A stretch of DNA of 64,000 nt, taken from the IMG/VR virus record IMGVR_UViG_3300023174_000144, positions 1 through 64,000 of that record. One strand, 5' to 3'. The notes below the pieces were generated by a model. It was not told the origin of the DNA, did no database searches, and saw nothing but the letters and a program-made list of their open reading frames with translations. A program made the position numbers and the translations under genes. Shown one piece after another: positions 33,102 through 43,857 of the stretch. Positions within the stretch are counted from its first letter, which is position 1. Each line of letters starts with the position of its first letter. The stretch comes from a virus. Its lineage: Duplodnaviria; Caudoviricetes.

Positions 33102-33449
33102 ATGGCAAAAAAGAAATTAAAATTAAACGATCTTCATCAAGCTCATGGTAAAGATGAAAGCAAAGAAACAGTTCAAAGTCTAGATCAATTATGGGGTGAC
33201 GATGGTCTTTCAAAATATAAGACTTTAGATGTTGTTGAATATACTCAAAATCTTGCAGAAATGAATAAAAGCGATCTTCAAAATCATGCTGCAAAATTAG
33301 GTCTTGTACCAATTGATAGTAGAGAAATTCTTGTTAAAAGACTAGTTGCAGAATTTAAAAAGCACGTTACAAAATATCAACCAGTTCGCAAGCAAGAAAA
33401 CGTAGACGAAAGCAAAGAAGCTAAAGTAAGAAAATTATTATCAGAATAA
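33102..33449 (+). CDS. small head-associated protein (Rho-N-like helix pair)
   Basis: LAEMNKSDLQNHAAKLGL; start moved to 33102. Confidence 0.55.
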   Translation: MAKKKLKLNDLHQAHGKDESKETVQSLDQLWGDDGLSKYKTLDVVEYTQNLAEMNKSDLQNHAAKLGLVPIDSREILVKRLVAEFKKHVTKYQPVRKQENVDESKEAKVRKLLSE

Positions 33450-33495
33450 TTTAGATTAATTCTGATTAATTTTTCTGCCATGTGTAATTATTACT

Positions 33496-33840
33496 ATGGC
33501 AACAAGTTATAATATATCCACATATCAAGGCGATTTCTTACAAGCATCTTTATCAATAAAAGACTCTAATAATAATCTTATTAATTTAAGCGGATATGAT
33601 GTAAGAGGTCAAGTTAGAGTTAGTTATGGCTCTACTGGAGTTTTATTAAATTTAAATCCAGTTATAACAAGTTATGTTTCTGGACTAATAAATATTAACA
33701 TATCTTCAAATACAACGCAAGATCTTCCAGTAGGAATGTATGTTTATGATATAGAAAGATTTCCTTCTGGTATAGCTACAGGAAATAGCATCAAATTAAT
33801 GGTTGGAAAATTTATAGTAAGCCCAGAAACTACGAGATAA
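33496..33840 (+). CDS. BppU-N-like structural protein
   Basis: YQGD...INLSGY.VRGQVR...LPVG.YVYDIE. Confidence 0.65.
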   Translation: MATSYNISTYQGDFLQASLSIKDSNNNLINLSGYDVRGQVRVSYGSTGVLLNLNPVITSYVSGLININISSNTTQDLPVGMYVYDIERFPSGIATGNSIKLMVGKFIVSPETTR

Positions 33841-33844
33841 TAAA

Positions 33845-35302
33845 ATGTCTGATATTAAAGTAGACATTGTCCTTCCTGGTCAAGTTAATACTAATGTAGA
33901 ATCTCCTAGCCAATCTGTTGCTGCAAATGTATCGATCCCTAGCGCAATTAATGTTGATATAATATCTCCGACCCAAGCTCTTGCTACAAATATATCTATT
34001 CCTGGACCACAAGGACCAGCTGGAATTCAAGGTCCTAGTGGATCAATAGGTCCTAGTGGTGCTACTGGACCAAGTGGTGCTACTGGTCCATCTGGAGTCC
34101 AAGGGCCAAGCGGATTAATTGGTCCAAGTGGAGCAATAGGTCCAAGTGGTGCTACTGGTCCATCTGGAGTCCAAGGGCCAAGCGGATTAATTGGTCCAAG
34201 TGGAGCAATAGGTCCAAGTGGAGCTACTGGTCCATCTGGAGTCCAAGGGCCAAGCGGATTAATTGGTCCAAGTGGAGCAATAGGTCCAAGTGGAGCTACT
34301 GGTCCAAGTGGTCAAAAAGGTAATCCAACTACGATTAATAACTTATCTGAACAAAATATTATTATAACTGGAGCAGATGGTAATATAGTTACAACAAGTG
34401 GGCTTACAACAATTTATATTTCTGGTAATAGCGGATATTTCCAATCTGCAGTAAATTCTCTTAGTGGAACTGTTACTGGAAATTACGTTACAAAATCTAA
34501 TGGACAATTTATCAATCGTCCTACTGTAAATGGTACTGGTGTTCTTTTAAGTGGTGAAGCAGCTAGGTTACCAACTACAATTCTTTATACAACTGGAAAT
34601 CAAATTAAAAGCGGTCGTTTAATAATTGGTGATGATGCAATTAGCATAGTAGATCCAAATTCTCAATATACACTAAGTCTTCAAACAAATAGCCCAAGAA
34701 CTTGGTTAGAAATTTTAAATAATAGTGGCGCTAATAAAGGAGTATTTTTTGGAATAGAAGGTAATAATTTTGAACAATGGAATTATCAAGGTGGAGATAT
34801 AGTATTTTTCACTGCAGAAAATGTTTCTGATGGAGTAGCAAGATTAACAATAAAAAATGATGGCAAAGTTGGCATAGGCACAAGCTCTCCATCTCAAAAA
34901 CTAGAAGTAGTTGGAAATATAAAAGTTACTAATAGTGGATTCTTTAATAGTGGAATTCAAATCGGAACTGGATCGGTATATATAGAACAACACAGAATAA
35001 CAATTGATAGCGAACCTGTAATTACTAGACCTGGCCTTAATGCCATAAGTGGCTATTTTGAATCAGAAAATACCATAGGCTATAGCTATGTTATACCAGT
35101 TGGAAATGATAATTATTTTGTTACTTATCCATCTGTTTTAAATTCTGACCCTAGATCAATTAACTGCATATTCCAAAACACTGTAGATAACATAATTTAC
35201 TACTATTCTATTGGTAATATCAATAAAACTGGTTTTTATATCAATTTTAGTGACCAAATAAATAATACTGGATATTCTTTAAATATTAATATCAAAAAAT
35301 AA
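33845..35302 (+). CDS. collagen-like fibre protein
   Basis: Gly-X-Y run at 34004-34327; GKVGIGTSSP.QKLEV.GNI fibre motif. Confidence 0.85.
   Translation: MSDIKVDIVLPGQVNTNVESPSQSVAANVSIPSAINVDIISPTQALATNISIPGPQGPAGIQGPSGSIGPSGATGPSGATGPSGVQGPSGLIGPSGAIGPSGATGPSGVQGPSGLIGPSGAIGPSGATGPSGVQGPSGLIGPSGAIGPSGATGPSGQKGNPTTINNLSEQNIIITGADGNIVTTSGLTTIYISGNSGYFQSAVNSLSGTVTGNYVTKSNGQFINRPTVNGTGVLLSGEAARLPTTILYTTGNQIKSGRLIIGDDAISIVDPNSQYTLSLQTNSPRTWLEILNNSGANKGVFFGIEGNNFEQWNYQGGDIVFFTAENVSDGVARLTIKNDGKVGIGTSSPSQKLEVVGNIKVTNSGFFNSGIQIGTGSVYIEQHRITIDSEPVITRPGLNAISGYFESENTIGYSYVIPVGNDNYFVTYPSVLNSDPRSINCIFQNTVDNIIYYYSIGNINKTGFYINFSDQINNTGYSLNINIKK
34076..34300 (+). repeat. 72-bp tandem repeat x3 (GATGPSGVQGPSGLIGPSGAIGPS)
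   Basis: Units start at 34076, 34148 and 34220. Confidence 0.85.
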
Positions 35303-35338
35303 AAAAAATGTGTAATACTATAAAAGGTAAACAAAACT

Positions 35339-35977
35339 ATGATTAGCGCATTCAAACATATTCGTCTAAGTGGTCAAAACTTACTTCCAACATTTGATTC
35401 AACAAGTAATACTTTAAGACTTTCTCTTGGCAATACAGGATTAGCCTATTATCCAGAATTAACTGGTCTTAGTGGCTATTTAAGAGGTTTAATTCAAACA
35501 GCAGACGATGATGTAACGCGTATTAATGGTTTAAGTGGCGCAGTAACAATAACAGGCGGAGCAGGAGTATCGATAGGTATTAATTCAACAACTAATACAA
35601 TCACAATTAGTGGTGCAGATAGTGGATATTTTCAAGGCTTAGTCGATACTTTAACTACAAATCTTGGTAATACTGGCTCTAATCTAAATATAAAAATAGA
35701 TAATCTTAGTGGCTATGTTACAGGAACATTTGTTAGAAAATTAAATCAACAAGTATTTAATACTAATATTCCAGTTGGGATTGAAAGTACTGGAATATTG
35801 TTTCCATTAGCATTCTCTTCAACACCAAGCACAGTAAATGTGACTCTTGAAACTGCTGGCGATGTAATGTATATGGTAGGAGTAAGAAACAGAAGTGCAA
35901 CTGGATACTTTGCAGATTTCTCTGATATAGTTTTAGAGAATACTGTTAAACTCAATACATTTGCTAGTAATCAATAA
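35339..35977 (+). CDS. fibre-associated structural protein
   Basis: INGLSGAVTI and NTGSNL..KIDNLSGY motifs shared with the neighbouring fibres. Confidence 0.65.
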   Translation: MISAFKHIRLSGQNLLPTFDSTSNTLRLSLGNTGLAYYPELTGLSGYLRGLIQTADDDVTRINGLSGAVTITGGAGVSIGINSTTNTITISGADSGYFQGLVDTLTTNLGNTGSNLNIKIDNLSGYVTGTFVRKLNQQVFNTNIPVGIESTGILFPLAFSSTPSTVNVTLETAGDVMYMVGVRNRSATGYFADFSDIVLENTVKLNTFASNQ

Positions 35978-36070
35978 TTAATTTGTGTAATCTACATTGA
36001 TTTTACATATAATGTGTAAAGTCTAGTCTATCGAAAGATAGCAGATTGGGTAAAACCAACAAAAAAGATT

Positions 36071-38866
36071 ATGGCAAATATATTTAGAGCTAAAAGTTTA
36101 ATATCTCGCACAGGAGTTTTCTCTAACGAAGTTCTTTCTCCAAATTTAATTTATAATACTGGCGATCAAACTATTTCTGGAGTTAAAACATTTGCATCCA
36201 GACCAAATGTAAATGGCACAGGAGTTTTATTAAGTGGAGAAGCTGCAAGTCTTCCAACAACAATCGTTTATACAACTGGAAATCAAAATATTTCTGGAAT
36301 TAAAACATTCATAAACAATCTTGAAGTTCAAGGAACTGGGATCTTCAATGCTTTAGACTTAAGTAATATTAGTGACTTTAATTTTTCTGGAACAAATATT
36401 AATTTAATAAGTGGAAATGTCAATATCTCTGGTCAAATTTATATTTCTGGTAACCCAGTATTAACTGGAGTAGATTTAAGCTCTTACGCAACAACATCTA
36501 ATCTAGCATCAACTGGTTCTACTTTAAATTCTAATATAATTTCCTTAAGTGGATTGTTCACGGGTTATACTGGAACTTTAGATAACACTTATGCAACTGA
36601 TACTCAACTTGCTAACACTGGCTCAACTTTAGATAATAAGATAAATTCACTTAGCGGAGTTTCAGTATTGACATTTGGTGAGCAAAATATATCTGGAAAT
36701 AAAACATTCATAAATAACATCAATGTATCTGGAAGTGGAGTTTTTAATGCTCTTGATTTAAATAATATTGATGTATTAAGTTTATCTGGAGTAGACATAA
36801 GTATAACCAGTGGGAATATTGTTCTAACAAATCGCCCAACAGTTAATGGTACAGGAGTTGTTTTAAGTGGAGAGCTTAACAGTACTGGAATTTTATTAAG
36901 TAATAGAATAAACTCTTTGAGTGGCTATATAAACTCAACATCTAGCAATATCGTTTTTATAACAGGAAACCAAACCATTTCTGGGGTTAAAACTTTTGTA
37001 GAAAATGCAACATTTGGTGATACTGGTCAAGGAGACTTTTTAGTTATTTCTGGTAATAATTTCACAGTCTATGGAAGTGGTAACTTTATTAGTGGACTTT
37101 TTGTAAATGGGAACGCAGTGCTAACTGGAATTAATTTAAGTTCATATGCAACGGTAACTAATCTTGCTTCAACTGGCTCAACTCTTGATACGAAAATCAA
37201 CAATTTGAGTGGATACGTTACTGGAGCACATGCAACGTTTGCTTCTATTACGAATTTAGGTAATACTGGTTCGAATCTTGATACGAAAATCAACAATTTG
37301 AGTGGCTATATTAATTCCTCAAATAGTAATATCGTATTTACAACTGGAGATCAAACTATAGATGGAACAAAAACTTTTTCTTCAAATTCATATTTTACAA
37401 ATGATATTAATATCGCTCAAAATTTAAGAGTTACTGGTTCATCTTTTTTCAGTAATAATTTGAGCGTAACAGGTAATTTAAATGTTAGCGGGAATATAAA
37501 TAATTCGACCTTAGTTTTAACAAAAGGGAAACAAACAATCAGTGGAGAAAAAACTTTTGTAGATAACATGTCTCTTAATGCTTTTACTGGAAATGGATAT
37601 GATACTTCAAATCTTGATTTTCGTTTAAATATTGGAGGAAACACAGGGGAAAATGTAGGAATTCAAATCGATGCTTACGGAATTAATCCACCTCAAATAT
37701 TAATGAGAAGAGCTCGCGGACTTCCAACTAATCTCTCTGGAGTATTAAAAAATGATGTTTTATTTAATTTGCAAGCAAGAGGTTATGTTTCTGGATTAAA
37801 CGATTACTCTACAAATAGCAGAGCAGCAATAAGATTAATTGCAGCAGAAGATTGGGTAGGAAGACCAAATTACACTGGGCAAGGAACAAATATTTTATTT
37901 AGAACGACAAATATTGGCACTGGTTTAGCAATGGATAAAGTAATTATTAATACTAGTGGATTAAATGTATTAGATGGTAATATTTATATTAGCGGAAATC
38001 AAGTATTGACAGGCGTAGACCTTTCGAATTACTATACAAAAAATAATCCTAGCGGATTTATTACGGGCGTAGACCTTAGCTCTTATTTAACCTCTACAAA
38101 CGCATCAAATACTTACGTTACAAAATCTAATGGTCAATTTACTAATCGTCCTACTGTAAATGGAACAGGAGTTCTTCTTAGCGGAGAAGCAGCAAGTTTA
38201 CCTGACACAATTGTTTATACTACAGGTAATCAAATTATCAGCGGAAATAAAACTTTCATCAACAATATTCAAGTCTCAGGTACTGGAATTTTCAATAATT
38301 TTAATTTAAATGAAATTGATATTCTCAATTTATCTGGCATATCTGTTAATATAACAGGTAGTGTTTCTTTAAATACAAGGCCAACTGTAAATGGATCTGG
38401 TGTTCTTTTAATTGGAGAGGCTGCTTCATCAGTTATATCTTCAAATAATTTCTTTGTATTATCATTTGATCATACTAGTGACCAACCTACATCTGGTGGA
38501 GGCCATAATTATTTTGCAGCAGGTAATTTAGGATTTAATTCTGCTGGCGCTAATAGAAGATATATTCAAGTACTAGAAACTGGCACAGCAAGAAAAGCTA
38601 CTTGGCAACATATAGCAGGAACTTCACTACCTTCACCAGCTTTAAATTCTACTGGATATTTTATTAATGTTACAACAAATACTCTAGGAGTAATTAGCAC
38701 TTCTATTTTAAGCAATAATACAAATATTCCCAATAATTTTAGTGGACTAATTAATCCTCCAGTTCCATTAAATATGGGTGATTATGTTGTATGCTCTTTA
38801 TATACCCCTGTATTTACTATAAATCCATCAGGACTTAGAGATACTGTTAGAGTATATTGCTATTAA
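36071..38866 (+). CDS. long repetitive tail/head fibre protein
   Basis: Repeats of TGxQTISGxKTF, NTGSTLDxKINxLSG, RPTVNGTGVLLSGEAA and LTGVDLS. Confidence 0.8.
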   Translation: MANIFRAKSLISRTGVFSNEVLSPNLIYNTGDQTISGVKTFASRPNVNGTGVLLSGEAASLPTTIVYTTGNQNISGIKTFINNLEVQGTGIFNALDLSNISDFNFSGTNINLISGNVNISGQIYISGNPVLTGVDLSSYATTSNLASTGSTLNSNIISLSGLFTGYTGTLDNTYATDTQLANTGSTLDNKINSLSGVSVLTFGEQNISGNKTFINNINVSGSGVFNALDLNNIDVLSLSGVDISITSGNIVLTNRPTVNGTGVVLSGELNSTGILLSNRINSLSGYINSTSSNIVFITGNQTISGVKTFVENATFGDTGQGDFLVISGNNFTVYGSGNFISGLFVNGNAVLTGINLSSYATVTNLASTGSTLDTKINNLSGYVTGAHATFASITNLGNTGSNLDTKINNLSGYINSSNSNIVFTTGDQTIDGTKTFSSNSYFTNDINIAQNLRVTGSSFFSNNLSVTGNLNVSGNINNSTLVLTKGKQTISGEKTFVDNMSLNAFTGNGYDTSNLDFRLNIGGNTGENVGIQIDAYGINPPQILMRRARGLPTNLSGVLKNDVLFNLQARGYVSGLNDYSTNSRAAIRLIAAEDWVGRPNYTGQGTNILFRTTNIGTGLAMDKVIINTSGLNVLDGNIYISGNQVLTGVDLSNYYTKNNPSGFITGVDLSSYLTSTNASNTYVTKSNGQFTNRPTVNGTGVLLSGEAASLPDTIVYTTGNQIISGNKTFINNIQVSGTGIFNNFNLNEIDILNLSGISVNITGSVSLNTRPTVNGSGVLLIGEAASSVISSNNFFVLSFDHTSDQPTSGGGHNYFAAGNLGFNSAGANRRYIQVLETGTARKATWQHIAGTSLPSPALNSTGYFINVTTNTLGVISTSILSNNTNIPNNFSGLINPPVPLNMGDYVVCSLYTPVFTINPSGLRDTVRVYCY

Positions 38867-38888
38867 TTTAAAGTGTAATATTTATTAT

Positions 38889-39401
38889 ATGAACATTAAA
38901 GTTGTAGACGTAGCTACTGAATTATACGATGAACTAGGTGAACCAGTTGATATTAGTGTGCCTTCTATAGCTTATTGGCTTAGAAGCAATATTGGTGATC
39001 TTAATATCATGATAAATAAAAAATTTTATATAGACCAAACAACTCTAGAAATTACTTCTGAAGATACTGATTTATTTGGAAATGTAGAAAAAAGCATATT
39101 TAAAATGATATACAGCATTCATTACTATGAAAGATTATTTCGTAATGCCTTATATGCTGCAACTCAAGACAGCGTTATTAGCATAAGTGATGAAGGTAGC
39201 TCTGTAACCAAGATTAATAAAAATGAATTAGCTAAAAATTATGCATCATTAAGAAAACAAATTAATGATGAGTTAAATGTTTTAACTAAGAATTATAACC
39301 TTAATGAAGCCAAACCTCTTCAAGTTGCTGGGGATGATACTATTCCTGGATTTTCTAACGAAGGAAATCAATCAGCTAATATATATCATAGGTCAATCTA
39401 A
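38889..39401 (+). CDS. putative head-tail adaptor
   Basis: First gene of the neck block; helical; synteny. Confidence 0.55.
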   Translation: MNIKVVDVATELYDELGEPVDISVPSIAYWLRSNIGDLNIMINKKFYIDQTTLEITSEDTDLFGNVEKSIFKMIYSIHYYERLFRNALYAATQDSVISISDEGSSVTKINKNELAKNYASLRKQINDELNVLTKNYNLNEAKPLQVAGDDTIPGFSNEGNQSANIYHRSI

Positions 39402-39844
39402 TGGCAAGCTTATTATCAGAGATCGAAATAGCAAATGCTACTGGAGTTTTAGGAGATCTTTTTGATACCTTTTCAAGAGAAATTTTAGTTTACAAAGAGC
39501 CTAAAAAAATAATAAATCAACTTTCCACAAATTCGCTTCCTGGATATGGCGAAGCAGCAATGAAAACAAATATCACTTATATTCCTGTAAGCGGAGCTTT
39601 TCAAGCTAAAGTTAAATATAATCCAAAACAAGATCTTGAATTATTGCCAGAATTAAAAAGCAGAGTCAGCAAAGGAATAGTCAAAATTAAAGTAGAACAA
39701 GAAGCTAAGGATTTTATTACCAGCAATGGAAAAACAGAAAAAATTATGATTGATGGCAAGCCTTATAATATCATAACAGATTATACTCTTAAAAAATTTA
39801 TCTCCTTAGATTATTTTGTTTTCTTCTTAGAAGCAGCAGCATAA
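39401..39844 (+). CDS. putative head-closure/stopper protein
   Basis: Synteny; beta-rich with IDGKPY motif. Confidence 0.55.
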   Translation: MASLLSEIEIANATGVLGDLFDTFSREILVYKEPKKIINQLSTNSLPGYGEAAMKTNITYIPVSGAFQAKVKYNPKQDLELLPELKSRVSKGIVKIKVEQEAKDFITSNGKTEKIMIDGKPYNIITDYTLKKFISLDYFVFFLEAAA

Positions 39845-40461
39845 TGAAAGTTAAATTAAATCAAAATAAAATTGCAGAAGCTATTTCAAAAAATTCAAAA
39901 ATGGCAAGCTTGATTCGTAAAGAAGTTCGTGCAATAGTAGAAGAGTATGTTGAAAAAAGTCAAGATGAAATGGTTAGTGAATTTTTGAATCATCCAGTTA
40001 CAAAAGAAATTGATAATGGTCCAGAAGCATCAAATATTTCTAGTACTTTAGGCGGACAAGGAAATCTTTTTAGCTATATTGGATTTGAAGAAGGCTCAGA
40101 GCCAACGGAATCTGTTAAAGAAATACTAGAAAATTCAGTTAAAGTAAGTACTAGACCAGAGATATCTGTAAATGGTAAAAATATAAAAATTAATTTTCCA
40201 GTATCTGGGCCAACTATTTCAGAAATTGAATCTGAAACTCCAATGCCATTTGAAGGTGGAAAAAGTTGGGTTAGCGGAGTTGAAAAAGGAATTTCTGGAT
40301 TCAGTTATTATGTATTTAGAAAGTTCATTAAAAATAGTAGATCATCTACTGGAATTCAAGCTGAACCACAAGTTAGAACTGGTAGCTTTAAACCTTCACC
40401 TTACTTGTCTGTAATATTAAAGAAGTTCTATTCAAAAATTAATGCTAAATTTAACATATGA
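39844..40461 (+). CDS. putative neck / tail-completion protein
   Basis: Synteny; GNLFSYIGF and SWVSGVEKGISG motifs. Confidence 0.55.
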   Translation: MKVKLNQNKIAEAISKNSKMASLIRKEVRAIVEEYVEKSQDEMVSEFLNHPVTKEIDNGPEASNISSTLGGQGNLFSYIGFEEGSEPTESVKEILENSVKVSTRPEISVNGKNIKINFPVSGPTISEIESETPMPFEGGKSWVSGVEKGISGFSYYVFRKFIKNSRSSTGIQAEPQVRTGSFKPSPYLSVILKKFYSKINAKFNI

Positions 40462-41312
40462 AACCACAATTTGAAAACATTTTAATGAGTAGCATGGTTC
40501 TTTGGTTTGATCATACATTAATCAAAAAGGGTGAAGCTTTTAGTAATTATAATAGTGAATTTTATCCTATTACAAATATATATAATGGCTACTATACTTA
40601 TGGCGCACCTTTTAAAAATTTAATAAGAGATGAATCTATAACTGGAGTTAATATTATTAGTGGAGTTTATTTAAATAATAATTTTATTAGAACTGGTCAA
40701 AGTGGTTTAGTAGCAATTAACGCAGATCAAGGACAACTCTATTTTAATTCAGGACTAAATAATCCAACTATTAGTGGGAATTATGCTGTGAAAGATTACG
40801 GAATATATCTTACTAATGAAAACGAAGAAAAGATATTATTTGAAACAAAATTTAATTTAAATCCAAAAACAACAGAGAATCCAACTGGATTACCAATTAA
40901 TGCTCAAAGTTATCCAGCAATATATTTAAAGAATAATGGTGGCAATAATACTCCTCTAGCTTTTGGTGGCTTAGATAGTAGCAATATTAATGTAAGAGCT
41001 ATTGTAATATCTGATTCTATATTTAGCATGGACGCTGTAAGTAGCATATTCAAGGATACAGCTAGGACTTATATTCCAATAATCCAACCCTCTGAAATGC
41101 CATTTAATAGTTTAAATGGACTAAAATCTCGTTATAATTATGATTTATTAACTACTGGTAGAGCAGGAACAGCTAATAGTGTTTATATTAAAAACGTATA
41201 TATTAGCAAAAATGTTGCAAATAGAACTCAATATCAGGACCTAAATCCAGATGCTATTTCAGCTTTTGTAGACTTTGAATTAGAAGTTTATAGATATCCA
41301 AGAAGCTCATAA
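40458..41312 (+). CDS. putative tail terminator
   Basis: Directly upstream of the tail tube; YPAIYL...AFVDFELEVYRYPR. Confidence 0.55.
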   Translation: MKPQFENILMSSMVLWFDHTLIKKGEAFSNYNSEFYPITNIYNGYYTYGAPFKNLIRDESITGVNIISGVYLNNNFIRTGQSGLVAINADQGQLYFNSGLNNPTISGNYAVKDYGIYLTNENEEKILFETKFNLNPKTTENPTGLPINAQSYPAIYLKNNGGNNTPLAFGGLDSSNINVRAIVISDSIFSMDAVSSIFKDTARTYIPIIQPSEMPFNSLNGLKSRYNYDLLTTGRAGTANSVYIKNVYISKNVANRTQYQDLNPDAISAFVDFELEVYRYPRSS

Positions 41313-41372
41313 AAAAAATCAGAAAACTAATAAATTTGAGTGTAATAACAGATAATATAGGAGAATTTTAAT

Positions 41373-42464
41373 ATGGCAAGAAATAGAATTATTTATCAAT
41401 CAGAAGCTCTTTACGCAGGACCAAGTCCAGCAACAGGAGATCACTTTTCAGCTGGAAATAGCGGAACCAATTTAGTTAATCAATTGCACAGAGTTCAAAG
41501 TGCAAATTACAGCTTTAACATCGCTCGTCAAGATGTTAATCAATTCGGTGAACTTGGAGCTATTGATCGCGTAATTCTAGAATCTCCTACAGTTTCTCTT
41601 GATTTCAGCTATATTTTAAATAGTTTTGGTAATGAAGAATCTTTAGGTTTTGGTCCTCTAGACAGCACTGATGTAACATGTATTTCTGGAATTCTTAACA
41701 AAACAGCAGATGAAAGAAATTACTTCATTCGTACAGTAGCAGAAGGAAGTGATGCACTTTCAATCGGAACTGGTGCAGCTAATCAAAACGTTATCGCTAT
41801 TGGAAACGGATTTATTACTTCATATTCTACAGAAGCTTCTGTTGGTAATTTCCCAACAGCTACTATTAATGTTGAAGGCTTAAACATGCAATTTGATGCT
41901 GGAGTAACTGGAAATTATATTCCAGCTGTTACCGCAACTAATGGTGCAAAAATTACAAGTAAAAAATATGCACTACCTACAGCAACAAGCTCTATCGCTC
42001 AAAATTCAGTAAGTGCTTTGCGCCCAGGAGATATTAATCTTACAATAGATCAACCATCTGGCGGAGCTACAATCTCTGATGCAAAAATTCAAAGTTATAC
42101 TCTTAGTTTTGATCTAGCTCGTACTCCACTACAAAAACTTGGAAGTAAATTTGCTTTCGCAAGAGAAATCAACTTCCCAGTTACAGTTAACATGCAAATC
42201 CAAGCAGAACTTGGTGAGCTAACAACTGGTAGTCTAGCTGATATTATCACTGCAGATAGAACCTACGATCTACAAGTCACTCTAAAACATCCAACAAGTG
42301 GCACAGATCAAATGATCTACAAGCTAGAAGGAGCAAAACTAGATAGTCAAGAGTTTTCAAGCTCCATCGGTGCTAATAAAGCAGTAACATTAAGCTTCTC
42401 AACACAAATCAATGGTCCAAGCGTAACAGATCGCGGATTATTCATGAGTGGATTAAAAGACTAA
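41373..42464 (+). CDS. major tail tube protein
   Basis: Strong SD (AGGAG), biased codons, terminator behind, upstream of chaperones and TMP. Confidence 0.75.
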   Translation: MARNRIIYQSEALYAGPSPATGDHFSAGNSGTNLVNQLHRVQSANYSFNIARQDVNQFGELGAIDRVILESPTVSLDFSYILNSFGNEESLGFGPLDSTDVTCISGILNKTADERNYFIRTVAEGSDALSIGTGAANQNVIAIGNGFITSYSTEASVGNFPTATINVEGLNMQFDAGVTGNYIPAVTATNGAKITSKKYALPTATSSIAQNSVSALRPGDINLTIDQPSGGATISDAKIQSYTLSFDLARTPLQKLGSKFAFAREINFPVTVNMQIQAELGELTTGSLADIITADRTYDLQVTLKHPTSGTDQMIYKLEGAKLDSQEFSSSIGANKAVTLSFSTQINGPSVTDRGLFMSGLKD

Positions 42465-42490
42465 TATACAGAATAGTTAAAGATATAAAG

Positions 42491-42527
42491 TACCCCGCTA
42501 AGTTTAATCTTGGCGGGGTATTTTTTT
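42491..42527 (+). terminator. rho-independent terminator
   Basis: TACCCCGCTAAG-TTTAAT-CTTGGCGGGGTA plus T7. Confidence 0.9.
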
Positions 42528-42567
42528 GGTGTAATATATAGTAAGGTAAAAGGTCAAAGGTAAATCT

Positions 42568-42798
42568 ATGGAAAAAGGCGATCCTATTAAGGAATATGTT
42601 GTATTTCAACTTCGTAGAAAAATAACTAATCTATACAAACAGTTTTTATTTATTCTTGAAGATGCTCATACTTCAAAGTATAATACTAGTGATGAAACAT
42701 ATCAAAAATATCGCAAAAGAGTACTTGATTATGGTAACGATACTATAAGAGAGATTGAAGATGATATATCTAAATTAGATTTCAATTTAAAAAAATGA
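42568..42798 (+). CDS. hypothetical protein
   Basis: ORF in the tail block. Confidence 0.65.
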   Translation: MEKGDPIKEYVVFQLRRKITNLYKQFLFILEDAHTSKYNTSDETYQKYRKRVLDYGNDTIREIEDDISKLDFNLKK

Positions 42799-43070
42799 AA
42801 AAGATCCGCTTCAAATATTCTGAAGAAGACATTATTAAAGGTAATTTAGGACTGCAAACAATCCAAAGATCTTTAAGAAGTTATGGTATTTTAAATCCTA
42901 CTTTTGAAGTAGTAACAAGTCAAAATTTCTTAAAAAATGTATATGACAATTGGAATGAAGAAAAACGTAAAGGCTTCATTAATCTACTAGGAGGTAGAGT
43001 TCAATTTAAGAAAATTAAAAATTATATAGAATCAATCGAAAGGAAAAAGGCATATGAAAAAACTATTTGA
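42795..43070 (+). CDS. hypothetical protein
   Basis: Coupled ORF. Confidence 0.6.
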   Translation: MKKIRFKYSEEDIIKGNLGLQTIQRSLRSYGILNPTFEVVTSQNFLKNVYDNWNEEKRKGFINLLGGRVQFKKIKNYIESIERKKAYEKTI

Positions 43071-43854
43071 ATTTAATGTACCAAAAAATGTAGAGGTAGA
43101 AGAGATCGAAATCTCTAAGAATGAAAAAGGAGAAGAAGTAAAAACTACTAAAAAGACTAATAAAAAAGAATTAGTTAAAGTTTTTCTCCGCAAGCCAACT
43201 CGTTCTTTATTTGATGAAGCTGAACTATTCTATGGAGTTAGATTATCAGAGGGCATCAAAGCTGGTCTTTTAACAAGAGCTTTACTATCTAAAAGATTCA
43301 CAAATGATGGTGGAGTTTTAAGCGAAGAAGAAAAGAATGTTTATGCCACGCTTTATGTTGCGCTTTTTGAAAAACAAAATGAATTTCAAAAACTTAGCAT
43401 TAAAGATGAATCAGAAAGAACAGATGCCGAAAAAGCAAGATATCAACAAGTTATTGTTGAATTAACAGAACTTAGAACACAAATTCAAAATTTTGAAACG
43501 GCTCAAGCTAGTCTTTTTGATCAAACCGCAGAAAATAGAGCTAGAAATAAAACTATTCTTTGGTGGGTATTACAACTTTCTTATATTATAGATGACAAAG
43601 GAAATGAAATTCCATTCTTTGGTCATGGAGAATTTGAAAGTAAATTAAGTATTTACGATAACATGGAAGAAAATGGTAGTGAATTTGAGAGTTTAGTTTG
43701 TCGTAAATTAGCTTATTTTGTAAGCTTCTGGTATGTTGGTCGTGCAGCTTCTCAAGAAGAGTTCGAAAGACTTGCAGCTTTGTCTGTTGATGATTCAGCA
43801 GTTGAACAAGCTGTTACTGAAAACAAAGAAGAAGCCAAAAAATCAGATTCATGA
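43054..43854 (+). CDS. putative tail assembly chaperone
   Basis: Between tube and TMP; helical and charged. Confidence 0.55.
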   Translation: MKKLFEFNVPKNVEVEEIEISKNEKGEEVKTTKKTNKKELVKVFLRKPTRSLFDEAELFYGVRLSEGIKAGLLTRALLSKRFTNDGGVLSEEEKNVYATLYVALFEKQNEFQKLSIKDESERTDAEKARYQQVIVELTELRTQIQNFETAQASLFDQTAENRARNKTILWWVLQLSYIIDDKGNEIPFFGHGEFESKLSIYDNMEENGSEFESLVCRKLAYFVSFWYVGRAASQEEFERLAALSVDDSAVEQAVTENKEEAKKSDS

Positions 43855-43857
43855 TGA

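Noticed and set aside
33845-38866. Diversity-generating retroelement acting on the fibre repeats
   Set aside because: No reverse transcriptase in the window; differences between copies are mostly synonymous and inside ORFs, not adenine-specific
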